Below are positions 24,847 through 32,000 of a DNA stretch of 32,000 nt, one piece after another. Location of the stretch: positions 870,001 to 902,000 of the forward strand of contig CBDCNV010000001.1 in NCBI GenBank assembly GCA_965219535.1, in the 5' to 3' direction. Under the pieces are notes generated by a model. That model was not told the origin of the DNA. It worked only from the letters and a program-made list of their open reading frames with translations, and did not search any database. Made by a program: the position numbers and the translations under genes. The stretch comes from Opitutales bacterium. GTDB taxonomy: Bacteria; Verrucomicrobiota; Verrucomicrobiia; Opitutales; PNEW01. Position 1 is the first letter of the stretch. Each line of letters opens with the position of its first letter.

Positions 24847-25102
24847 TTTAGTCGAAAATCAAAGGTCGTAGGTCAAAAGTCAGAGGATAATTCACATCAG
24901 TCACCATAATCGATTGCGAATTTACAATAGACGATTGCCAATTTGCGATTTTATTTTTAAAAATTAAAAATTACCGCAATAATCAGAAAGAGAACCATGA
25001 GGGGTGCTATTTCTAAGAGACTATTCTGAAGTGTATTAAGCCAACTCGATTAAGAACAGCTTAGATTGTTAATAGCAGATTTTTTTTGAATTAAGATAAT
25101 AC

Positions 25103-27055
25103 CTATTGTTTAATATAAATCTGTTCGTTGTATAGAGAGCGACCCCAGCCCCGGTAGATGTAGGCGTGAGTACTTGTCCAGGGGACATTGCCGAGGCGTA
25201 TGTGCGCGCCCCAGACAAAATAAGCCGAGCCAACAACAATTACCGGAATATTATCGGTGTGCAGATCGCGAACGCGGATCATATACTCACGGACTTTGGC
25301 CGGGTCGGTAGTGGTGAGGACTGATTCGATGTAACGAGTTGCGTCGTGTAACCAATCCGGCCCCTCTTTATGCGCATTACGATGCCAATAGGGTGCGGTC
25401 GGTCCTGTAATTGCCCAATTAGACATTTCGCTGAGAGGATCGGTATGGCCTGATTGTCCCCATTGATGGATATCAAAATCGCCACTAAAAAAACGAGGTA
25501 TAATCAATTCTCTCAGCAGCGGATTAATGTTGGCCTTAATTCCAATTTTTTTCCAATGTGCAGAAACAAGTTCGCAAACATCGACACCAATTTTTTTTGT
25601 AGATGTTACATTGATATTCATCTCAAATCGGGTTCCATCTTTGAATTCACGAAACCCGTCACCATCCGTATCACGATACCCTGACTTTTCCAGTAAGGCG
25701 CGAGATTTTTCTGGATCGTATTCGGAATATTTCATGTGGGCTTCCTTTGAATAGTAAGGATTGGGCGGGCCGAACGAATATCCAGACGGGTCGAATATAC
25801 CGAAATATATGATCTCTTTGATTTCTTCCCGGTTGATAGCATGAGATAAAGCCATGCGCACATTTTTGTTCCGAAATGCTTCCCGCATCGCGGGATTGTG
25901 CGCGTCCCAATTAAGGTAGAAAGCGGGGCCATGAGTAGGGCCAGATACGCGGAGCTTAAACCGCCCTTTTTGTTCTTCCGATTTAAGCGTGGGATACATG
26001 TCCATCTGAAAATATCTTCCGAAAAGATCGAGTTCACCATTGATAAAATTCAGAAGCAGAACTTTAGGGTTCTGAATGATTTCAAAGGTGTACCTGTCAG
26101 CGTAGGGTAGCTGGTTCCCCTCACTATCAATCTTCCAGTAATAGGGGTTTCGCTCATAAACAATGCGTTGACCAGACACCCATTCCACGGGTACCCATGC
26201 GGAGAGCCGGGGCAGACCAGGTCGCATGACAAGCTGCGCGCTGGTCGTGAGATCGCGAAAGTCCTTGTAATTGGCATCTGGATTGTATTTCGGGTGGTGT
26301 TTGGCGAGGATGTGTTTGGGGTAGGCAATATCTTCGTGACTGAGCGCTTTGCGGACACGCCCCAATGGTTTTGGAGAGGAGATCTTCAACGTGTGCGCAT
26401 CGATTTTTTCTAATTTTATCGGTTTACCATCCACTTGCCAATAGGGTGGCGGTATCGTGGGTGTGCTTCGCGCGCTGTCATTAAAGACCATGTCGTAATA
26501 CCAGAAAAGTATGTCGTCGACGGTGAAGGGAACACCATCCGACCACTTTACCCCTTTCCGTATATTAACAATGGCTGTTTTTCCATCGTCGGATAATTCA
26601 AAGTGATCAGCGAGATTGAGCTGAATACTTTTTGGCGGGTAGGGCCGCTCATAGCCCATCAGGTTATCATTGAAGGATTTTACCGGGCCTTGAGTATCGC
26701 CGATATCACTGGTTAGCGCCCGTCGAATCGTTCCCCCGTAATTACCAATTTTTTCTAAGGGAACAACAACGAGCGGGTTATCCGGGAGTCGTTCATTGAC
26801 CGGTGGCAGTTCACCGGCTTTAACTTTCGCAGCCAACATTGGTGCCTCATTAAAGCTGCGATTCGTGAGTATTGCGGAGTCAATTTTTAAGGGGGCACTG
26901 GTTATTATTTCGCGTTGAGCAATAAATTCTTCATTACTGGTTTCGGACAAAGGTTCATGTTCGGGGTCAGGTGCTAAACAACGGCACAGCATAAGCGCGA
27001 GAACCAGAGACAGGATCACGGGTAAAATTGGTCGCTGCATATGATCTATTCTCAT
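25103..27055 (-). CDS. ABC transporter substrate-binding protein, family 5 (SBP_bac_5; peptide/oligosaccharide type), probable lipoprotein
   Basis: The 650-aa product has an N-terminal hydrophobic segment with Cys (LALMLCRC). IVYERNPYYW, KWSDGVPFTVDDILF and FEIIQNPKV are typical of family-5 SBPs. The start may be the second Met (MQRPIL). Confidence 0.85.
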   Translation of the reverse strand: MRIDHMQRPILPVILSLVLALMLCRCLAPDPEHEPLSETSNEEFIAQREIITSAPLKIDSAILTNRSFNEAPMLAAKVKAGELPPVNERLPDNPLVVVPLEKIGNYGGTIRRALTSDIGDTQGPVKSFNDNLMGYERPYPPKSIQLNLADHFELSDDGKTAIVNIRKGVKWSDGVPFTVDDILFWYYDMVFNDSARSTPTIPPPYWQVDGKPIKLEKIDAHTLKISSPKPLGRVRKALSHEDIAYPKHILAKHHPKYNPDANYKDFRDLTTSAQLVMRPGLPRLSAWVPVEWVSGQRIVYERNPYYWKIDSEGNQLPYADRYTFEIIQNPKVLLLNFINGELDLFGRYFQMDMYPTLKSEEQKGRFKLRVSGPTHGPAFYLNWDAHNPAMREAFRNKNVRMALSHAINREEIKEIIYFGIFDPSGYSFGPPNPYYSKEAHMKYSEYDPEKSRALLEKSGYRDTDGDGFREFKDGTRFEMNINVTSTKKIGVDVCELVSAHWKKIGIKANINPLLRELIIPRFFSGDFDIHQWGQSGHTDPLSEMSNWAITGPTAPYWHRNAHKEGPDWLHDATRYIESVLTTTDPAKVREYMIRVRDLHTDNIPVIVVGSAYFVWGAHIRLGNVPWTSTHAYIYRGWGRSLYNEQIYIKQ

Positions 27056-27067
27056 GCCTATTATAGT

Positions 27068-27182
27068 TTATTGTCTTATGTAAATCTGCTCGTAATAATG
27101 TGAGCGACCCCATCACCGGTAAACATAAGCGTTGGTGCTTGTCCTGGACACATTACCCAGGCGGGAGCTGGCACTCCACACT
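27068..27182 (-). pseudogene. 3'-terminal remnant of a tandem paralog of the binding-protein gene
   Basis: The reverse translation is ..NAYVYR*WGRSHYYEQIYIRQ*, compared with ..HAYIYRGWGRSLYNEQIYIKQ* in the intact gene. It has an in-frame TGA. Its stop lies 12 nt from the intact gene's start codon. Confidence 0.75.
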
Positions 27183-27819
27183 ATTCAGAACAGATCAGGC
27201 TATTACTGCTGTACTCTGTGTGTCAATTCAGGGTGAAACCATGGTATTCATCATAACAATACTCACATGCCATCCACAGGATAGTAATCTCGAGCATCAG
27301 TTAGCGATGAGAGCGTTTTGATGCCACTTTCGCTAATGAGGATGGCATTGACATCAGTGTTACAGTGGAAGAGATGGTGATTGAGTGATACGTGATCTAT
27401 CGATCAGTGTTAGCCGCCTTCACTCCGTTATGGCGTGCCAAGGGTGTTAAGTTTTAAGTGTTAAGCTATAAAGCTGCGCGTCCCTCCAATTTCGTAGAAA
27501 TAAAAATAAAAAAATGGAGAGCCATGCGGTGCCTGTCGGCCATAGCCCTTCGGGCGACGGCTGATCATGGCCGCTATGGTTAATGGCAATCCATGAATTA
27601 TACCAGCACGCCGAAAATTAGCTTTCGTTAATACACCGAAAAGTAATATAAATATCCTTTTACCTTTCGGGTTGTAGCTCAGCCTTGTAGACCACTGCTT
27701 TCGGGACGCTGAGTTTCCCCTTTACCTATGCGGGTTTCAAGGGCAGTTGCCGGAAAACAGAATATTTGGCAACTATTGTGAATTTTCAACTACTCGCGAT
27801 AGGTTCTGAGATCAAAATG

Positions 27820-28200
27820 TTAATTTATATTTTTGCTTTGGGAAAGAATTACATTGATTACTTGTTTAACATCATTCGATGATAGAATGGAATGAAGAGT
27901 TCTAATAAATTCTTCTTCATTTTCGACTTTAAATTTTTCATTTGATATTTCGTTAAAAATTTTTAGAGGATAAAGAAAAAGTGGCTGTTCTATACGGAGC
28001 ACGGTTACACTATAGTCGTCTAAATTTTGTGCTAAGATATCAAGTCTGATAGAGATTGTATTTGCAGATATGATGGGCCAAACTTGTCCTCTAAGAGTTC
28101 CATTTGTCTGTGTTCCTAAAATTTCTGCTTGCTTTTTGAGTATTGTAAATGGCGGTGTTATGTCATCACCAGTTGGCAGATCACCCCATAAATTTTCATC
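27820..28200 (-). other. 126-codon open frame without ATG/GTG/TTG until codon 67; possible 5'-damaged gene in an AT-rich patch
   Basis: The stop-to-stop frame reads DENLWGDLPTGDDITPPFTILKKQAEILGTQTNGTLRGQVWPII..VTVLRIEQPLFLYPLKIF..SQSKNIN. The track reports only the 60-aa tail starting at a GTG. Confidence 0.4.
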
Positions 28201-28331
28201 TTAATTCATGATAGCACCATCCTTTCTATCTCAATTTTAAAATCAAGGGGAAAATGGGCATCGCCAATGTCATAATGCGTATGATCGGGAATCAGTTAAA
28301 AAACAGCTATATCTGTAGAGGGTGGCATAAG

Positions 28332-28465
28332 GGGTCAAACGTAGAATTTAAATGTTATCGTAAGATGCCAAATTTCTAATCTTATGAAAATTCATCCATA
28401 CTCCATTGTTCATGATCCAAGGAATACTTGTCAGCTTATCAATGTTTAAATTCTACGTTTGACCC
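28332..28465. mobile_element. MITE-like element with perfect 21-bp terminal inverted repeats and 92-nt AT-rich spacer
   Basis: GGGTCAAACGTAGAATTTAAA lies at 28332-28352 and TTTAAATTCTACGTTTGACCC at 28445-28465. Confidence 0.75.
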
Positions 28466-28481
28466 TTTTACCTATTCTATT

Positions 28482-28597
28482 TCGATTTGCGATGAGGGAT
28501 GTCGGGCTGCGCCCTCGGTAGCCGATTTGCGATGAGGGATGTCCATCCGTCGCACGAGGCTATTGACGACAGGCGGGCTGCGCCCTCGGTAGCCGAT
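28482..28597. repeat. BIME-like mosaic: alternating modules CGATTTGCGATGAGGGATGTC (x2) and GGGCTGCGCCCTCGGTAGCCGATT (x2)
   Basis: The first module lies at 28482-28502 and 28523-28543. The second lies at 28503-28526 and 28574-28597. It contains a GGGC-tgc-GCCC mini-hairpin and the CTCGGTAGC word. Confidence 0.75.
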
Positions 28598-28702
28598 TGT
28601 GCAGGATGCAAGATCCTAAATACAGGATTGCTAGACAGTGAACAGTGATCGGTCGCTGTCGTCCCACAGTGCTGAAATTAAAGCTAATCGTGTTTACTTC
28701 CC

Positions 28703-28938
28703 CTCTTGTCATTGCGAGGAGCAACGCGACGCGGCAATCCAGGCAAATAGTCACATTGCCTACGAATGCCAATCTCCGCTCAGATCTGTCGAATGAGGAT
28801 TCGTCTCTTCAATTAAGGTATTCGACCAGTTGAGAGTAAATCCTAATATCCAGGGACCTACATGATGCAGCAGAAATTCCCCTGGAATGGAAGATGTCGC
28901 TACGCTCGGTAGCCGCGCTTCGCTCGCAATGACAAGAG
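28703..28938. mobile_element. MITE (~236 bp) with perfect 16-bp terminal inverted repeats CTCTTGTCATTGCGAG; micro-element only in the right arm
   Basis: The TIRs lie at 28703-28718 and 28923-28938. The right arm reads CCCCTGGAAT[GGAAGATGTCGCTACGCTCGGTA]GCCGCGCTTCGCTCGCAATGACAAGAG, with the insert at 28889-28911. The left arm has GCGGCAATCCAGG at 28731-28743 with no insert. Confidence 0.8.
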
Positions 28939-28981
28939 TGTGGTTACGAAGATAAGGATTATATTTAGTAACCACCAGGCA

Positions 28982-29000
28982 CAATCGGCAATCGGCAATG
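28982..29000. repeat. Heptamer tandem repeat CAATCGG x2.7
   Basis: The units are CAATCGG CAATCGG CAATG, immediately downstream of the GH172-like gene's stop. Confidence 0.7.
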
Positions 29001-29018
29001 TTCACTCCTCCTCAAAAC

Positions 29019-30002
29019 CTATCGTGCCATATAATAATAAAAACAGCTCACATAGTCGGCACTCAGTTCCACCTTTTTACTATTCGCAACCTTATCATTA
29101 CCACTCATCTTGGCGAACGTCTCATGCGTATAATTTAGGATTCCTACACATCCACCGGTAAATGATATTTTATCCGCTTCCCGACAGCGGAGCATGCCGA
29201 CTCGGGAACCGCCTGACGGCAGGTCGTCCAGCCTGATAATCGCACTGAACCGATCCGACTGCGTTTCGTGGAATCCATAGGAGTAGCCGTAAAAATCCTC
29301 GGTTCCCAGATACTCGACCGACGGTGCGCTTTCCCCGTTCAGGTAAAATTCGTCATTGCCCTCGCAGAGCAGTTCTCCGCGTTTGCAATTCGGATTGTCG
29401 CTGGAAATCTGAAACCAGTGAGCCACTATCGCCCCCGTGCCGGAAATATTGCAGAGCTCAAGCTTCTCGCGGGGGATGTGCAATTGACCCCGTCGATAGT
29501 CGGCAAAAAGATAGCCCGAGGATTCAGGAATTGTCCCTACCTTATCCCACTGGATATCCAGATACCCACGGAGATCGACGACCGATGGATTTTCCAACTC
29601 GATCTTTACATGACGAGAAAAAGGCATCGGTAAACGGAAATTGTGGGATTCCTTTACTCGCGAAAAATAGACCGTATCATAGTAATCACACGATGCTTCA
29701 ATATCGCCGAGGAAGTCCATTAACGGCATGTGAATAGACGGCGTATCTTCGAAGTCATACCACACCTTCATCATGATCACCGATCCGGCCGACTGATTCG
29801 CGGAACCGTTTCGTTCATTGTAGTCTGAGGCGTGGATGCACGTAATAACTCCCGGACCATCGACATCGAGTACCGTCACCGATGTGCCTCCGTAGAGCTC
29901 GGGCATGTCAGGATATTTATCCTTGGACCAGGTTGCGGGAACGACCCGGCTGTCGGCTTCCCCTATTCTTGTTAAACTTTCCCAAGATCTTATAGCATTC
30001 AT
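29019..30002 (-). CDS. DUF2961 / glycoside hydrolase family 172-like protein
   Basis: VTVLDVDGPGVITCIHAS resembles the eieGpGvIthiW motif of DUF2961. The preferred start is ATG at 30002 (MNAIRSWESL), with AGGAGG 7 nt upstream. The longer track ORF, starting at 30041, would overlap the sulfatase gene. Confidence 0.7.
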   Translation of the reverse strand: MNAIRSWESLTRIGEADSRVVPATWSKDKYPDMPELYGGTSVTVLDVDGPGVITCIHASDYNERNGSANQSAGSVIMMKVWYDFEDTPSIHMPLMDFLGDIEASCDYYDTVYFSRVKESHNFRLPMPFSRHVKIELENPSVVDLRGYLDIQWDKVGTIPESSGYLFADYRRGQLHIPREKLELCNISGTGAIVAHWFQISSDNPNCKRGELLCEGNDEFYLNGESAPSVEYLGTEDFYGYSYGFHETQSDRFSAIIRLDDLPSGGSRVGMLRCREADKISFTGGCVGILNYTHETFAKMSGNDKVANSKKVELSADYVSCFYYYMAR

Positions 30003-30012
30003 GGTGGTCCTC

Positions 30013-31392
30013 CTACGACATAAAATTATCAGCTTTGGCACGTAACCGTTTCACATCATCGACGTGGGCTTTATTATCTATCAGATTGTGGTTTTCACTC
30101 GGATCAGCGTCTAAATTAAATAGCTGTTCAGGCCAATCTCTATTCACGAAGCGAAAGTATTTCATGTGATCTTGCTTGACCATCACCGATGGCCCGTAAC
30201 CCGGAACATGTAATTCACTGTAAACTTCATTCGGCCATCCGTCTGATCTACCTTCCATAAGCGGAACGAGGGAGCGTCCATCCAATCCGGTTGGTATTGG
30301 CACCTGGGCTATCTCGCAGAGAGTCGGGAATAAATCGACCAGTGAGACATTTTCCTGAATAATCGCGCTGCCTCGATTAAACTTCTGTGGCCATGAGATG
30401 AAGAATGGCACACGCACCGAAGAGTCAAAGTACAGATCTTTAAACCATAGTCCTTTTTCACCAAGCATCTCACCGTGGTCGGATAGAAAAACTATTACGA
30501 AATCGTCGAGTACATTCAGCGCTTCAAGCTTGGAGATAACACGCCCGAACTGCGTATCCGCCCACTCGATCATTCCGTAATAGGCGGAGGTTGCTCTATG
30601 CGCTTCGCGGTAGGTTACATCTTCCCCAACTTTTATTTTGCTAGTATCGGCGAAGTCAAAATTTTCAGGGAGGTCTTCGACGCGTGGCTTCACACGTTGC
30701 ATGTAATAGGTAAACAGCTCTTCGGGGCATTGGAATGGATAGTGCGGGCAATTCAGGCTGACCGCGAGTAGTAGCGGACCCTCGCCGGGCCTATCGTGAG
30801 TCGCATCGACAAAGAATTCGTCGAGGTACATCAAGGCTCCATCAACGGTGTACTTATCCTGTTTCATCAAAGTACTCATTCCGACACGGGTGTTGGCGAT
30901 TTCCTTGGCTATCCCCCAGACGCCCGTACCATCTTTGTGCAAGGTAATTTCTTCGTGAAAGGTCATTGCCTGGTGAAGGGAGCGATCCACTGGTTCATAG
31001 CCATTGCGCCCTCGGATGTCTCGGCCAATTCTCTCATACCAGCCGTGCATCTGATCGGATCCGTCGGCAAAGTGCATTTTTCCCGCAGCGACGGGGTGGT
31101 ACCCGTAACGTGAGAGGTGCCCAGGAATGGTCACCACCTCGCTTGGCAGAGGGGTTCCCCAATCTCTAGTTCCGCATTTTTTAAGATAGTTTCCGGCAAG
31201 GAAGCATTGCCTTGCCGGCACACATGCCGGTGATGGTGTGTAAGCGTTACGAAAATAGGTGCCTTGGTTGATGAACCTATCGAGCGTCGGAGTTCGAATG
31301 ATAGAATCACCTTCGATGGGCATTACATCCGGTCGATGCTCATCATCTATTAGCAATAAAATATGAGGTTTTTTTTTAGTATTTTCCATCAT
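30013..31392 (-). CDS. Formylglycine-dependent sulfatase (type I), no recognisable signal peptide
   Basis: SPACVPARQCFLAG contains the CxPxR motif. HILLLIDDEHR is the N-terminal metal-binding strand and FLSDHGEMLGEKGLW is the conserved C-terminal core. Confidence 0.9.
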   Translation of the reverse strand: MMENTKKKPHILLLIDDEHRPDVMPIEGDSIIRTPTLDRFINQGTYFRNAYTPSPACVPARQCFLAGNYLKKCGTRDWGTPLPSEVVTIPGHLSRYGYHPVAAGKMHFADGSDQMHGWYERIGRDIRGRNGYEPVDRSLHQAMTFHEEITLHKDGTGVWGIAKEIANTRVGMSTLMKQDKYTVDGALMYLDEFFVDATHDRPGEGPLLLAVSLNCPHYPFQCPEELFTYYMQRVKPRVEDLPENFDFADTSKIKVGEDVTYREAHRATSAYYGMIEWADTQFGRVISKLEALNVLDDFVIVFLSDHGEMLGEKGLWFKDLYFDSSVRVPFFISWPQKFNRGSAIIQENVSLVDLFPTLCEIAQVPIPTGLDGRSLVPLMEGRSDGWPNEVYSELHVPGYGPSVMVKQDHMKYFRFVNRDWPEQLFNLDADPSENHNLIDNKAHVDDVKRLRAKADNFMS

Positions 31393-31524
31393 TTACTCTT
31401 CTCCTCTCAAGTAATAAGAAAGGTATCATGTCAAATTTTTTTCAATAAATTAACTACTATCCTCATGATATACACTATAGTTATTTTAAAAACGTTATTC
31501 CCTTTTATGGTATTCCGTTTCCCC

Positions 31525-32000
31525 CTAAGACATAAAATCATCAGCTTTGGCACGTAACCTTTTCAGATCGTCGGCGTGAGCCGCGTCATTTATCAGATTT
31601 TGATTTTCACCCGGATCAGCGTCTAAATCAAAGAGCTGCTCAGGCCATTCTTTACCCTCGAAACGGAAGTACTTTAAGTGGTCCTGTTTGACCATCACCG
31701 ACGGCCCGTTAAATGGATGGTATAATTCGCTATAAACTTCATTCGGCCAATCGTCAGACTTTCCTTCCATGAGCGAAACGAGGGAGCGTCCATCCAACCC
31801 GTTTGGTATCGGCACCTGGGCTATCTCGCAGAGGGTCGGGAATAAATCGACGAGCGAGACATTTTCCTGAATAATTGCGCTGCCTTGATTAAACTTTTGT
31901 GGCCTCGAGATGAAGAACGGTACACGTACCGAAGCATCAAAGTACTGCTGTTTTTCCCATAGTCCTTTTTCGCCAAGCATCTCACCGTGGTCGGACAGAA
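31525..32000 (-). CDS. Tandem sulfatase paralog, C-terminal part (gene continues beyond the window end)
   Basis: The frame stays open to position 32000 (..SDHGEMLGEKGLWEKQQYFDASVRVPFFISRPQKF..). It is roughly 85% nucleotide identity, by eye, to 30013-30490. Confidence 0.9.
   Translation of the reverse strand, partial: LSDHGEMLGEKGLWEKQQYFDASVRVPFFISRPQKFNQGSAIIQENVSLVDLFPTLCEIAQVPIPNGLDGRSLVSLMEGKSDDWPNEVYSELYHPFNGPSVMVKQDHLKYFRFEGKEWPEQLFDLDADPGENQNLINDAAHADDLKRLRAKADDFMS

Noticed and set aside
27669-27740. tRNA-like start GGGTTGTAGCTCAGCCTTGTAGACC...
   Set aside because: Only the first ~20 nt resemble a tRNA 5' end and D-arm. No anticodon arm, T-arm (GTTCRA) or complementary 3' acceptor strand follows. 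The CTCAGC...GCTGAG inverted repeat does not fit a cloverleaf. At most it is a degenerate fragment.
28482-28597. Possible CRISPR array from alternating 21-24-nt repeats
   Set aside because: There are only two copies of each module, the modules abut each other without unique spacers of regular length, and there is no leader or cas gene. It fits a REP/BIME-like mosaic better. The same reasoning applies to the two ~190-nt units at 8578-9212.

Overview
This is a 32-kb bacterial chromosomal window. The taxon cannot be assigned from sequence alone. The gene content (two formylglycine-type sulfatases, a DUF2961/GH172-like protein, a family-5 ABC binding protein, a sugar-phosphate isomerase-like TIM barrel, and a secreted Ig-repeat protein) suggests a glycan-degrading heterotroph. 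By eye, higher-GC metabolic genes alternate with AT-rich, ORF-poor accessory segments. Ordinary content is: (i) a metabolic cluster at 12.2-19.4 kb with two PhyH-type dioxygenases, a nucleotidyltransferase, a D-2-hydroxyacid dehydrogenase, an SDR and an enolase-superfamily dehydratase; (ii) a sulfatase/GH172/binding-protein region at 24-32 kb. The window is heavily colonised by decayed IS3-family elements of at least four sequence types in about a dozen fragments, including solo 50-65 bp ends. It also holds three hairpin MITEs, heptamer tandem repeats and BIME-like mosaics of short words. Most unusual is a family of 23-43 nt micro-insertions with the core T(A/T)CCGAG...GCGAAGC/GCGAC. Each replaces a single A at N-A-AT sites inside transposase ORFs and inside MITE arms. 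Two divergent IS types carry byte-identical 43-nt and 32-nt inserts at homologous codons. Other accessory content: an AT-rich island (0.66-4.45 kb) bracketed by inverted IS ends, holding nuclease-like, HEPN-motif and IS-truncated SIR2-like genes; a four-gene cassette of unknown function (9.3-11.9 kb) with an excisionase-type HTH, 11-bp-phased iterons and 1.25 kb of ORF-free DNA carrying duplicated ~190-nt units; and a ~330-bp direct repeat bracketing the metabolic cluster, whose second copy ends in a tRNA 3'-end fragment. No rRNA gene, complete tRNA gene or CRISPR array was found. Family assignments come from motif recognition by eye, not from searches.
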